64,000 bases of DNA from Amoebophrya sp. A120 (taxonomy: Eukaryota > Protista > Dinoflagellata): the NCBI GenBank assembly GCA_905178155.1, contig CAJINV010000004.1, positions 5,477,711 to 5,541,710 of the forward strand. Direction: 5' to 3'. Below are positions 23,101 to 35,790 of the stretch, piece after piece. A program made the position numbers and the translations under genes. How positions within the stretch are numbered: position 1 is the stretch's first letter; each line of letters opens with the position of its first letter. Below the pieces are notes generated by a model, which was not told the origin of the DNA, ran no database searches, and was given only the letters and a program-made list of their open reading frames with translations.

Positions 23101-26100
23101 GTGGAATGCTGCGCTCGAGGACTACTTTCTGACTCTTCCCGCCGACCACCGAAAACGGGCACTGGCGATTGCGCGAGCAGGAACAAATTGTTCTGCAGAA
23201 GAACTTGTTCGTCCCACCGCGATAAATCATCGATCCGTCGAAGTAGATTATATCAGAGTCGCAAACAACACTCGCGGTCGTGGTCAACAAAATCGTACAT
23301 CACAGGTAGACCAAGCAACTCCCGGCAGCGTGGGCAATTCTACTATTTCCGCGCCCGGAGGAGCAGTTGTACTAGATTCCATTACACGCACGACGTCCAG
23401 CAGCGCCGCGCCGAACCAGGGCGGCAGCAGTGCGGGGCCCGGGACGGGTAGCTGTGGAACCGTTGTGTACCGCAGCAGCAGTACTAGTAGCAACCACGAG
23501 ACCAGCTGCACCACGGGGCCGGTGCACGGGGCGGGGCGCCTCGTGGGGTACCGCGCCGTAGGGTCCGGGTACGGCCGCCCCGCGAGTGTCGCCTCCGCGG
23601 CGTTTATCAGATGTAAAAATGTCTGGGTCTGGAAGAATGCAGCTTGTCATGCTAATTCTGAAGCATGCAAAAATCTGTGTTGCATGATTACCAAAAGTCG
23701 TCCAGTTTTGACCAAGTCGGGAGGGAGTTTCTCATGCAGGATAGGCATGAGAGAGATCGCACAGAATCTGTCGTGCTAGGTCCTGCATTCCAGACCTCAT
23801 GGGTCATGGAAAAGCTGCATGACAAATCGCGCATTCTTTCAGACCCAGACACTTTTGCATTTGATAGCGTTGCGCGGCGCGGATGATGCGTGCTCGGTGG
23901 TGAGCGGTTATCAAATGCAAAAATGTCTGGGTCTGGAAGATGGTCATGCTTGTCTGGCATGACAAAAAAGTTTGTGATGCGTGTCCAAGAAGAGACCTTT
24001 TTGCCTGTCATGCAAAAACGCAGTTTCTCATGCGAAAAACGCAACACAAAGAAGCGCAGATATTTCTCATGCTTGGCTGTGCATTACAGAGCATTCACTA
24101 TCCCCAACACAGCACTACAAGTTTCCAGACCCAGACGTATTTGCACTTGATAGTGGTTACGCGACGACCATCGCGGGGGGCGGCGGGGGATTTCTGTTGC
24201 ATCATGGGGACCACGACGAGAGGAGGTACTATCACGACACATATGTTTTCGAAGACCACGAGAATTTTTACGGAGTAGAACTGCATCAAGAAGCACAGTC
24301 TCTCTCTCAGCCGGGTGGTGACAGAGAAATGAAGCGGAAAACACCTCGTCAGGAAGGTGAGGTGCTAGTATCTTCGCACGGAAGAAACAACTTTTCTTCC
24401 ACGACAACTAATCCGGTAAGCCACGTAAACTCCAATTCGTCTGCCTCATCGGGTAATATTCAAACCTCCTCGGAGGACGAAAATGGAACAGCGTCGAGAG
24501 AGCAGAAGAGCTGCTGCCCTACTGCGGTGTTGCCACCACTCCCGCAGCCCTGGATGATCGCCTTGGCCGCGGAATACAAAACTAGTACCAGACAAGAAAA
24601 TTGTAACAGCAACGGGCGGCCGCTAGATAAAGCGCAAGCGGTTTCTTGTTTGCAACGACCCCTAGAACAAGTTGAACACGGCGGAGCCCTTATCTCTTTA
24701 AACCGGCAAAGCTTCGAGAACATAATCACGTTGGAAAATATTCTCCTGCGGCAAAATGACCTAGATTTCGAACCGCTGTACTTCTTGACGGGAAGATCAT
24801 CCTTGGCGGGAACAACGACCTCGCTGCTTCGGAGTGCGGCTGTGAAAGCCTTCGTGGAGCAAGTGAACGGGAAAAATATTAAAGACGGGAGCGGTGTTTA
24901 TAATTTTGCAGACCTTTTTTATTCTTCTCCAGTGGGCAGCGATGTTGCTGTTGGTCTCGGCGGAAGGAAAAGTAGCGCAACTACAAGTTCTTCTACTGAA
25001 CAACGTTGTAATTATTCTTATCCGTCATCGAACAATTATCCGGGGGCGCAAATCAGATCGACCACTGCGCCGACTTTTCCGCTTGGTCGCGCCGACGTCG
25101 TCGGGCCGTTTCACAATCGAGCGGAATCGGACAGCGAGGAGGACTCTCGTGAGGACGGACAGGAGGGGTTGCGTTGTTTTGAAGACAAAGATGCAGCTCT
25201 GGGGAATTATGCTGGTGGTTACAAGTTGCATCACAACAACCTAAGCAGGAGGCCAAGGTAATTTATTCTACAAAAAATCTTATTCATCTGCTAAATTAAA
25301 AATTGAACGAAAATTTTATCAAACTGTGACGTAGTCTCTTGCACTCTTTTTCGTTTTTTCGATCCCTTCAGCTGTCTGCACAGTCGTTCCACCAATTTTT
25401 TTCCCATGACATCAGGTCAGTGCAGCAGTTTCGCAGAAAGGCTCCGCTAATCCAACGCGAAATCTGCTTTTCGCCGCCAGATTTAGAAGAAGTGACGTCT
25501 TCAACTACTACGCAACACGGGGAAAAAATAGCGGCGACGGTGCGTAGAACTTCTTCTGCAAATGCAACCAATGATGGCTGCTCGAATGAACAGCCTGAGC
25601 AGGTCTATTGTGTGGAGAGACCACGAGGACAGGCGCAATTATCGGGCAGTAGTGCAAGTATTCATCAAAACCCCGATATGATTTTTGCCAATCGCACGAC
25701 CTCCGCGTTTGAGCCTGTGTCACGAAAAATCCACCTGCAGCCGAAGCTCCCCGTGCAGAGAAGGCGTGGTCATGATGAAGACGACATCAAAGCAGGGGAC
25801 TTCTCGCTTCAAGATTTGATGGAAACAGGAAAAGTGATTAAAGCGGTGGAGAAGAAACAAAAAGAAGCCGTGGCTGCTGGCGCACCAACATCCCGGGTGG
25901 ACGACGAGGTGCAAGAACATCAAAAGCTCTGCTCCTCCTCCCGCAGAATTGTCGAAGCCGCAGCTGGTAAAAATTGGGTTCTAGATCCGAAGTCGCAGCA
26001 TGTTAGTATGGTACAGAAGCAGGCACAGGAACTTCGGTCGCCTCGCTCCAAAAAAGGAGATCGTGAGAAGGGCCATCAAACAGAAAGTGGTAGTAGAAGG

Positions 26101-29100
26101 CGAAACAAAGGAGAAGCACGGGTCGTGCCAGGTGGTCATGACGAAGAAAAAAGTGGGTGGGGGCTTTATCGTCCAGAACAAGAAGTGCTAGTAGATCATG
26201 CGGCCCCGCCCGCGCCGAAGAAGCTCCATGACGTGCGCAATTTGCTGCTCCTGAAAGAGGATCTGGAGGAGCGGAAAGTTTTGTCGCGGTTGTACGACGG
26301 GCTAGCGGAATATGAAAGTGCACAACTCCCCCTCTCCCTCATTTGTATTGCATGAACAGCAATACAAGGGTCAGCAAGAATACAGGCTTAACAAATTTGG
26401 ACAGGAGTGTAGGGCTATTTGGGCTTCCAGAGCTTGTCATGCAAACAGTGCCAAAAGCCAAGGCGTAAATTAGGTATTTTGCATGACAAACGACGGGGAG
26501 GGGAGTTGTGCAGTTTTATACGGAAGCGATCGTGAATGCGGATAGGAAAACTCCGGGCATTTTTGCGACAAATAAGCAACAGCAAAATGAGTATGCGACC
26601 TCCACTGCTCTCGATCTTTCGTCGGCTCCTTGCAAGAGAAAAGAAGTAGGCAAGAGAACAACTTCTGGGACCAGAACAGCAGGAGTTCCTGCCCCGAGGA
26701 TGAAATCTTCCGAAAACAGAAACGCGGGGGTCGACGACCGTGGTGCCCACAGCGAGAGTAGTGACTTCGGGGTGGATCACGTTGACACAATCGACGAAGA
26801 AAGCTGCGAAGGTCTTGCAAGCGGTTGTTCGCACGAGGATGGCAACGCAGGTGAGGAGCAAGACAGATCACACGATCCGGACATGATCTTCAGAGATGAA
26901 GTAAAAAAAGGGCAGGACGTGCTGAACTCGTGGCTCGGGGACTTCGCGCTGCCCATCGACTATTACAATGAAAAATGCCCCCACCCCAGAACTTGGCGCA
27001 TTTGTGTTGCAAACCTTTCCAATGGAAACACTCCCTGTGTTGCATGTATCAGCATCACAAATTTTCCATGCTGAATACTAGCTCAAATTTGTGTTGCACA
27101 GGAGCCCAGCAGCAGCCAGATCTGTTATGCAAAAGCTACCGTGCGTGCCTAGATTCCACATCACAAAGGCTCCTAGTCCTTTCATGCAAGACAAAAAGCT
27201 TTCATTTGGAAACTTTGCATAAGAAACTTTTTCAAATTCCGGGGGGGCATTTTTCATTGTAATATCGACCCGCGGGCATTCGACCAGTGCCTAAAGGAGA
27301 ATTTTGCGGCGCAAGTCCATCATCAGCGCCGCGGCGCGGTGGCCAGCACTTCGGATCGTCCCGGGGCGGAGAACGCGAGGTGTTTATTTTCTGGCGCGAA
27401 TCAGTACAGCCACCCGTCCAGGAATTTGCTGCTGCTGCCCAACGTCGTGCGCATTCTGGGGCGCAACGAGCGGAAAGAAGTAGAAGTGGCTGCTGGAGCA
27501 TCAAGACCTTCTTCGGCACAACGACAGGGCGGCGCAAAGCAGGAAGTTGTAGATGAATCTGCCAATAACTACAACTTCGGCAACATCACGAGCCGTAAAA
27601 CGTCGGCTTTCCCCCTGTTGCAGGAGAAGCGACAGAAGCTGCGAGACGCCTTCCTTGCCTGCGGCGGCGCGCAGCAGCGGGGAGCGGCGGTGATGCCGGC
27701 GGCAAAGCCCGGGGTGGTAAGGAGGAAAGAACCGGGTCTACGGGAAAACAAACTGTACGAAGAGTTGCGAAAAGCCGGGTCGTCGTCGTGTGTAGTGGTG
27801 GAAGGCGGAGATGATGAGACCACAAAGGCAACATCAAACAAGGCACGCACTGGTGCACGCGTGCCAAGTACAAGAAACCAAGGAATAAGGATGAACAAAG
27901 AGAGCCGCAATTCTGCCTACAACAGCATCCCGGTCGCCGTGGACTCTGACATCGTAGGACAGTCGTGGAGCAGTCTGACACGACCGAGGAAGACTACGCA
28001 CGTAGCCGAGGCCAAGAACAGTACCAGCTCAAAGGTTCTTCTTGGAACGAAGGGCGGGAAAAGCGAGAAGGACGCCGACGCCGTTACAAGCAGCAATAAC
28101 GACTTACGCGGCGCGCCGTCGGCGCAAGACGGATCTGACGGGGCCAAGAAGCGGGAAGTAACCGAAAAGGCAGGTCACGGTGGTTGTTCGCAGGAGTTAG
28201 AACAAAGGGCAGTTCGTCCTGCACCAAATCTGACCTCCGCGCCAAGAACTTCATCTTCGCGACCTCTTCCTCACACGATCCACCTGAATCGCGCAAGACC
28301 CTCCTCTGCGCCATCGACCTGTTGGATGCTGTGGGATGAGCACGAACCAGGGCGAAGACTAGGGCGGAAGACCTGTGAGGGTGAAAGTGCAGTAAACGAG
28401 GAAATAGATGTAGATGTGGTTGAAACTACTTCTAAAACTTCCGGTGTAAAACTCGCGGAGAGTAGAGACCTGCAGAGCCTGCTGTTCGTGCGTCGGATTC
28501 CCTTGGACGTCGACTCGGGTAATTGTAGAAGCAGTCAAGAACACCATCACGCGGCAAGAACATCTTCTGGCCGACGTTTCCACCGAGAGAGCACCACGGG
28601 GAACAACAACATCTTCAGTAGAAAAGACAATTCGCGGCCCTCTACCGCACCGAGTGGCGGTGAAAAGCTCTTCTTGCAGGTGGATTTGTTTTCATCCACG
28701 CTCGGCGGAGGACAATCGAGTAGTTCCGGCAGGAATGATGGTGTTGAAAAAACTTCCGGCTCTTCTTGTGGTGCAACAACGTGTGATGTTCCGCATCATG
28801 ATGATCGGCCAGCTGCACCTCCTCTGGTACGCCTGCTGCCCTACAAAACCTCGGTCCTCCGCGGCTTCTCGCAGTGGAATGACAAGTTGTGGACGCCTTT
28901 TTTCCCCAGCCAGAAAAGCAACCCGCTGCGACGGACGGAGGGGCTAGAAATTCGTGCGGAGGAGCGGCCCTTCGTCGTGCCGCCAAACTCGCCGCGGGGA
29001 GAGGGAGAAGAAGCATGCTTGGGAGGAGATGCAACGGCGGGTGGAGCTAGCCCCGGGAACAAGAAGGAGACAGTCGATGAGCTTGAGCAGCAGGAGAGAA

Positions 29101-29141
29101 AGCGGTACCCTTTGTCTCCGATCGTTGTTTTGTGGCAATGA
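17187..29141 (+). CDS. Cytosolic carboxypeptidase (M14D, CCP/AGBL/Nna1-like tubulin deglutamylase), about 3300-3400 aa
   Basis: Motifs FESGNL, QWFYF, YPYTYT, ARCHPGE, PMLNPDGV, DLNR, DFHGH, GTAR, YTVEAS. Eight introners and one GT-AG intron (25258-25415) join the listed ORFs in frame to the stop at 29141. Start codon uncertain. Confidence 0.9.
17801..18061. mobile_element. Introner family A2
   Basis: A-type TIR; TSD gggag; frame restored just before FESGNL. Confidence 0.92.
21495..21644. mobile_element. Introner family C
   Basis: tatgcattgcaaaagtatcg...cgatgcttttgcaatgcata; TSD agacc/aggcc. Confidence 0.9.
21762..21936. mobile_element. Degenerate introner family C
   Basis: tatgcaattacaaaagta...tacttttgcaaac; direct repeat catt; frame restored (NIRI-RLVL). 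Confidence 0.75.
22258..22408. mobile_element. Introner family F
   Basis: tatgcaatacaaatttcccgtacatgtacaa...ttgtacgtgtacaggaaatttactgtggata; TSD acctc. Confidence 0.9.
23605..23866. mobile_element. Introner family A1
   Basis: A-type TIR; TSD gcgtt. Confidence 0.93.
23909..24152. mobile_element. Introner family A2 (opposite orientation to 17801)
   Basis: A-type TIR; TSD gcggt/gtggt. Confidence 0.92.
26311..26520. mobile_element. Introner family D
   Basis: tatgaaagtgcacaactcccc...ggggagttgtgcagttttata; TSD cggaa. Confidence 0.93.
26961..27264. mobile_element. Introner family E
   Basis: Perfect TIR tattacaatgaaaaatgccccc; TSD tcgac. Confidence 0.94.
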
Positions 29142-30121
29142 AGGGGTGACGTGATCAAGAAAGGAGACAGCACGAGGGGCGTGCGATACTAGTTTTACTT
29201 TATCTTGTAGTGGGCAAACAAAGTGAAATTGTACGATGTGATGTAAAGAGTATGTCCTGTACGAAGAAGTTTGTACATACAGCCGCATTCTTGATCATGA
29301 AGCACGGGCTAAAAGTACGAGAATACTCAAGTAAAAGTAACATTTACCATGCGTTGTAAGATGAATTTAAGTGATGCAATCAGAATCAGTGCAATGCGTC
29401 GTTCAAGTCCCGAAGAAAGTACGAATTACCTGCCTCAAGTGAGTGCAAGCATGCAAGTGATATAACCGAGCAAAATAGAGTGTAGAATAGGCACCCACAT
29501 CGCAGACTGTGTGTCGGAAAAATGCAAATCTCGACAGAATTTCAAAAGCACGACGATGGGCTGAAAAATTGTTTTTACTTTTGTTTCGTTTCGGCACCAG
29601 ATGCGCGGCTGCGGCTGCTCCGCGCAATATTATCGTATCGCACAACATGCATGCAATTATATCACAGAGGATGAAGATCTTTCGCTGTTACAGACTCCTG
29701 TCCGTCGCCAGACTTCGTTCGTACGTACACAGGGGAGCGATAATGATAAAAACGGCTGCATGGAAATGATTCAATCGATCCGCGGCACTAAAAAGCGTGA
29801 AGAAAATGCTGAGAGAGGAGCTTGAGGAAGACGCTGCGAGCGTGCATAGATGTTCTTTCCTCCTGGGAAGAGGTAAGCGACCCTCACGATCAGGATCGAT
29901 CTCGAGAAGGATCTTCTTCTAGTTTGTGCCAAAGCCCGCGCTCTTACTTACGCTAACCATATTAACCAAAAGTAGACAACGTTTTCGGATAGCGCTCGTT
30001 GCTCCTCATGCAAGCGCGACGATTTATTTGCACTGCCACTACTGTAGATTTTGCAATTATTTGTGTATTCCTAGAATACCTCCTTCATCTTTTCGTTGCG
30101 ACAACTACACAAGAAGAACCC

Positions 30122-30625
30122 ATGCCAGTTTTTGAGTTGTTTACTGCCTTCTTGGACCAGACGGGGTCCTTCCTACTGGGAGCGCACCACCAGCACGAGG
30201 ATGCAGCACAGCTGGGAACAACAACAAGTGAACATGGGACCACGACGACGCGGGGTCATCTTCTCATGCAGGAGCTGCCATGTGGAGCTGCTGCAGCTCC
30301 GGTACAGCATCAGCACTGGCATAATTCTTTACCAGCCCCGCCGTTCTCCCACCATATCAGTACTAGGGGTGGAGCCACGTCGTTGGCGATGCGTACAAGC
30401 TTTCTCGACCCGAAAAATGGAAGTTGCAAAGCATACGCGGAGGAAGGGGATATTCACACTTGCTACGTGAATAAAATACCGGCGGATTTTTGGGAAAAGT
30501 CGGGCCAGGGTGCGAATACGGTGGATATCGACAAGCCCGGCTGCCGGTGCCCAGATCGAGTAAAGATGTACAACGAGAATTCCGATGCGAAGGACAAACC
30601 TCTAAAATGTGTAGAGGGGAAATAG
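30122..30625 (+). CDS. Hypothetical protein with Cys-containing C-terminal part
   Basis: Open frame from MPVFELF with coding-like composition; no recognised family. Confidence 0.45.
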   Translation: MPVFELFTAFLDQTGSFLLGAHHQHEDAAQLGTTTSEHGTTTTRGHLLMQELPCGAAAAPVQHQHWHNSLPAPPFSHHISTRGGATSLAMRTSFLDPKNGSCKAYAEEGDIHTCYVNKIPADFWEKSGQGANTVDIDKPGCRCPDRVKMYNENSDAKDKPLKCVEGK

Positions 30626-31465
30626 GAGCAGGGGATAATCGATGAAATCGTGAGTAAGTCCTTCCTATCGTCCTCGAGAAGCCAATTCGAACCACCAACA
30701 TTGACGAAGCAAGAACTTACGTGCAAAAATTTCGTGAAGATCAGCAACGCTTGGACAGCAACGTGAAAAACAGGTGGGGACTTCCAGACCACGCAAGAAG
30801 TGATGATGGATTAGGCAGTAGGACCGCAGTACACGAGTAGTAAATGAGAACATGTTCCACCTCTTATCGTAAATGAGTAAATTCCAGTACTTACGATCAT
30901 GTGGTCATTTGTGTCGATCAAACCTTGGTGTGATCAGTACCAAAGTGATGAAGCTGTGGCACGGAGGAACGCTCAGATCAAGATCCCAGTTCTCGTGATG
31001 GAAGGTGTGACTGTCTAGAATTCCGAAATCCAGCACGATCGTCTCTTTGGATCTGCCGAAGAACATGATGCAACGAACGGGCGTAGCGGTGGGCATGTAA
31101 ATGCGTGACCCTGCTGGACGGTTCTATTCTTCTTAGCCGTAGAGCGATTGCGTCAGAGGACTGGGCTGGCACAATTCGCAACGAGTTGCTGTATCAAAGT
31201 TTTCTCACCACTGATGCAGGCTATCATATATTCTTATTAGTAGTAAGTGTCTCGGCTTGCGAGATAATTGACAATTTCTTCAGTACCGTATAGCTCGTCG
31301 AGCAGTTCTTTTCATTACGCTTTTATCGCGCTTTTATTGTATTTGTAGCAAGCATAAGAAGCCCCAATAGTTTTACACCCACCTTCCTCCCACTACTTTC
31401 TGCCATCCTTAGTACACCTTACTTTATCGCATCGGCGTCACCAACACAGTCACAATTACCTCACA

Positions 31466-32080
31466 ATGCCCGTCGTGAAGCAGGCGCACCCCTTGCACCT
31501 GCGCGGCCTGCAGTGCCGCACCCGCAACGCTGATGAGCTCGCGGGGAAAGGGCAGATTGGCGCCTTGGTCGGCAAGTTTTACACCGAGGACATCGCGAAC
31601 GAGAAAACTACAAGCCGTGTGAATCCCGGTGTTGTGTACTGCGTGTACACAGACTACGCGTCGGACGAAACGGGGGACTACACGTTCTTTATCGGCGAGG
31701 AAATTGCGGCGGCCAGTGTCCCCACCAACTTTATTGCAGCCGATTCCGTGGGGGAGCACCAGGGGAAGGGGGAAGTGGAGAAAAAAGATGTTGGTCGTCG
31801 CGTGAACACCGTGCAAGAGGAAATGAATAAAGATGGAACTACGAGTGCTGGTAAAAAGAACGTGATTGCCTACGTCACCGTGGAAGCTGGTTTGTACGAG
31901 AAGCGCGTCTCCGAAAAGGGAAAACTGCCGGACTGCGAAGTTGCCTTGTGGAAGCAGATTTGGGGCGATGCGGAGTTGAAGGCGCGGCGCGCGTTTGGGA
32001 CAGATTTCGTGGTCTACGACAAATTGAATCCGGCGGAAGACACGGAAATTCCCATTTTCCTGCAACTGGCAGCTGAGTAA
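31466..32080 (+). CDS. GyrI-like / AraC effector-binding (Cass2/YdeE-like) small-molecule-binding protein
   Basis: GLQCRTRNADE..G.IGAL, VYCVYTDYASDETGDYTFFIG, W.QIW...RAFGTDFVVYD; intronless. Confidence 0.88.
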   Translation: MPVVKQAHPLHLRGLQCRTRNADELAGKGQIGALVGKFYTEDIANEKTTSRVNPGVVYCVYTDYASDETGDYTFFIGEEIAAASVPTNFIAADSVGEHQGKGEVEKKDVGRRVNTVQEEMNKDGTTSAGKKNVIAYVTVEAGLYEKRVSEKGKLPDCEVALWKQIWGDAELKARRAFGTDFVVYDKLNPAEDTEIPIFLQLAAE

Positions 32081-33241
32081 TTATCTGGGGCGTCAGTGTG
32101 AGGAGGAGAGCAGGGGTGTTGCTAGGAGTGAGGGGAAAGGAGGTGGCTGTTGGTGTTGACCACGAACTCGAGGGAGAAAATAATGTACGCAAAGAAGTAC
32201 TAGTACTAACTTGAGGACACCGCGCGGCAGCACATTGCTGGAGATATTTCGGCACAGATTTCGGAGTTGGAAATGCAGAAGAATGGAAAAAGTGAACCGC
32301 TGCTGCAAAAAGATGAAATTGGATAGTTCCAGAACCTAGGAACCTTATCTTGGCATTCGATAGAAGACCTACTTACTACGCTTGGAAACAACTGACCTCT
32401 GGAATATTATAGAAAATTACTTTATCGGCAAGCATTGGTATCACCTGCAAAAATCCACGATGAGTGCAGTGGATTCGCAGGGTAGACCGTCACACTGTAG
32501 TTCAATATGAGTTGTAACATACAGCTTTTTTTCTTCTTGTTTTTAACATTTACTACGAGAACTGCCAGGGCACTTTGTTTCACTACACCGTTGCAAGGGC
32601 AAGCAGCGAGGGGGATAACCAATGCGCCGCATTAGAAGCTGCTGCAAAGCCAACGCCACACGGGGTCTCACGAAGGCTTGGTGGAAGAAGGTGATCGGCT
32701 TTTCGTTTTCTATGTTTTTCTTTTGACGTTTTGACGCGACATTAACACGGCAAAGAGGCCAATATACTTGATCTGGAGGACGAGATGGAGCTGCGCGCGC
32801 TTGGGAACGAAACTGCGTTATTGAAAAACCATCAAGGCAAAAATAAAGATTCCCGTCTTCTAGACGTTCGGAATTGCATAGATTTTCTAAAGTAGCTATG
32901 GTGTTCGTCTATCTGGTCTAGAAAAGTGCACCACGGCCACGATCTTTGCTCGTCGGAGATTAAAAAAACAGGTCAGATACTTTGAAGTAGGAGCTGCGAT
33001 CATCAAAAATTCCAACCACTACATAAACGAAGATCCATCCGTTTCATTGCTAATATCGTTTAATTTTTGGTACAGCGATCGATTCACGGTAGAGATTTTA
33101 TACATCGACTAAGCAAGGAGAAACTCCGGACAGTTTTTTACTTGTACCTCTACAAAGGTGCTGAAAGCTTAGAATAAAAGGCTTTTTTTCTTTAAATTCT
33201 TGTTCCGTATAATTTACAGAAAAAGAAACAGCCGAGCGAAA

Positions 33242-33535
33242 ATGTCGCGCTTTTCATCCCTCCTGCTTTTTTCTCTGCTGCAGCTTTTCGCGCACTACAG
33301 CTTCACCGTAGCGGAGGCCGGGCCTGCAGCGGCGGTGGTGACTTATGGTGTCTGTCAGACAGGCTGCAACACGGCCTACGTGGCTTGTTGCGCAAGTGCA
33401 GGAACGGTTGCGGGCACGTTCACCTTGGGCCTCGGCATCCCCGCGGCGATCGCTGCCTGCAGTGCGGCGCAAGGGGTGTGCATGGCGGGGTGTGCCGGAA
33501 TGACGGTGGCAGCGACCGGAGCGCCGACGCCGTAG
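33242..33535 (+). CDS. Small secreted Cys-rich protein (fungal cysteine-rich / Chlamydomonas zygote-specific class V-like family)
   Basis: Signal peptide followed by YGVCQTGCNTAYVACC..AG...GT...PAAIAACSAAQGVCMAGC...APTP. Confidence 0.85.
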   Translation: MSRFSSLLLFSLLQLFAHYSFTVAEAGPAAAVVTYGVCQTGCNTAYVACCASAGTVAGTFTLGLGIPAAIAACSAAQGVCMAGCAGMTVAATGAPTP

Positions 33536-34949
33536 AGAAGAGACCCGCAGCCAAAGCTGGGACACCAGGGAGGGCTTGCGCACACAAAGAGACCCGAGAT
33601 GGTCGGGGCTACATGTATTGATCAATGCTGAAGTTCTGAGTTTTTGCAAAGGCATATAAAAAGTTGGTAGTTTCAGCAGGAGTGATGTCAACATACAAGA
33701 AGGAGGAAAAGCTGTTAGCTGTAAATAGCACAAAACGCCAATCGAAACTTGACGCGTCATCCGCTTCCAGGGCGGACTCATTCTAACTTCACAACTGGCG
33801 CAGTCGCATTCTCATTCCAAATGTCAGAATTGATAGAAGATTTTCACCTATGCATCATTCGAAGTACGGAAAGACAATAGACTTTGACCGCACAGAAAGT
33901 TACAAGCGAGAACTCTATTGTGCCGCGACAGTGAGCAAACCTTCGTGCAGGTACTGTCTGTGTCTGTTCAGCCGTTCGCCACTGTCGGGGACAGCGCGAA
34001 AAAGAAACACCTCCACGTCGGTAGGCCTGAACGTGTTGATGCCCGACCTTATTTCGAATTCGACAAGGATCTCTCTTTGACATTGACTTTATAAAGGTTT
34101 GCTGTGCGAGCGCCTGTGCGGATCTAGCTTTTAACGCCGTCAGAATTTTTTTTCTCTGATCAAAATCTTTGTACTCCTACTTGTCTAAACTATAAAACGC
34201 GCTGCGCCAAGCGTGGTTCGTCGTCGTGCATACAAGTAGATCTAGAGATTGTTTAGTGGGGGCTCACAAGTGGCTCGAGATCTCGCTTATCGCATCGAAT
34301 TAGCACATTATTATAGAATTTTTTGCCTAATTTTCACTTGTTTTTGCCTTGCGTGCACGCCAATTGATTTTGCGTTTTTTCCCAATCAAATCAAAACACC
34401 CCAGTCAGAGCGAGGAATATATATGGGCCTAAATTGGTTCTTCCCCAACTCTTGATTCTGCTTTTTCAATTATTGTCCGCAAAATCGAATTCTCGGCAAC
34501 GTATGTAAAGTGCATTGTCCAGTCTGCGTTTGTTTTTTCGAACAAGTAGAACTTCAACTGAAAATAGACCTTTATTCTTTTCATTCACGACTACCGATAA
34601 AACACGAACTGCAACAGGTGCTACAGCAAGAGTCTAGTACTCAAGCTCAACACAACGCTTGCGGTGTTTGTTATAAATTATACTAACGTGTACTATTAAA
34701 GACCTGACCAAAGTAGAAGCTTCTTCTACCTGTACCTCCTGTTTCCGTGCAATAAAAATCACACCATGACTCGCAACCCTCTAATAGAATTGATAGCCGG
34801 AAAATTTCCCCGGAGACCTTCGAGGGACCGATGCGCGATAATTTGGCAAACGAAGAGCCTCTGAAAAGTAGCTTCCGAAAAGTGCATCTGAGGTGCATCT
34901 GAGATGAAATAGTGTTTGAAAAGCGGAAAGTCGCTAGCGAGAAAAAATT

Positions 34950-35790
34950 GAAATTCTCGAAAAGTGAAAAATCAGTGATTTTTCACTCTCTGAAAATTTT
35001 CTGAAGTCGATGGAGCGTGCACTCTTTTCAGGTTGACAATTTTCGAAAAGTGGAAATCATTTAGGAGTGAAAAAGCACTGACTTTCTACTTCTCAATGAT
35101 TTCCATTCTGGAAGAGTGAACACGGCCTCGACTCCCGAAAATTTCAAAAAGTGAAAAATCACTGACTTTTCACTTTTTGAAAATTTTCACACACTCTGAG
35201 AAACGCGGCTTTGACTCCAAAGTGAAAATGTTGCAAAAGTGAAAAATCTTGCGAATTTTCTGGAGTCGAGGCTCCACAGTGAAATTGTTTCAAAAGTGAA
35301 AAATCAGTGATTTTTCACTTTTTCGCGTTCAGTCTTCTCAGAGTGAAAATTTTCAAAAAGTGAAAAATCACTGATTTTTCACTACTTTTCTCGAAGGTAC
35401 CCGTGGCCACGAAGGCCTTCGTGACAACGGGTACCTTCGAGAAAAGTAGTGAAAAATCAGTGATTTTTCACTTTTGAAAAATTTTCACTTTTGAGGCGAA
35501 GCCGCGTTTCTCAATTTTTTTCAAAAGTGAAAAGTCAATTATTTATATTTTTCACTTTTGAAAAAAATTGAAACTCACTGTGGGGCCTCGGCTCCAGAAA
35601 ATTTCCAAAAAGCGAAAAGTCACAACTGATTTTTCACTTTTTCAAATTTCTCACTCTGGAGCCGAAGCCGCGTTCACTCTTCCCAGAGCGAAAATTTTCA
35701 CAAAGTAAGAAGTTAATGACTTTGCACTTTTGAAAAATTCCCACTCTGGAGCCGAAGTTGCGTTCACTCTTCCCAGAGTGAAGCAAGGCC
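34950..35790. repeat. Foldback/palindromic repeat made of aaaagtgaaaaatcagtgatttttcacttt subunits
   Basis: Near-perfect loopless hairpin 35342-35489 centred on gaagg|ccttc. Imperfect symmetry continues outward (35255-35300 vs 35551-35602). Confidence 0.85.

Noticed and set aside
30623-31110. Stop-codon reassignment (frame looks open past TAG)
   Set aside because: Long genes here have no in-frame stops and use TGG and CAR normally; the read-through text is not convincing.
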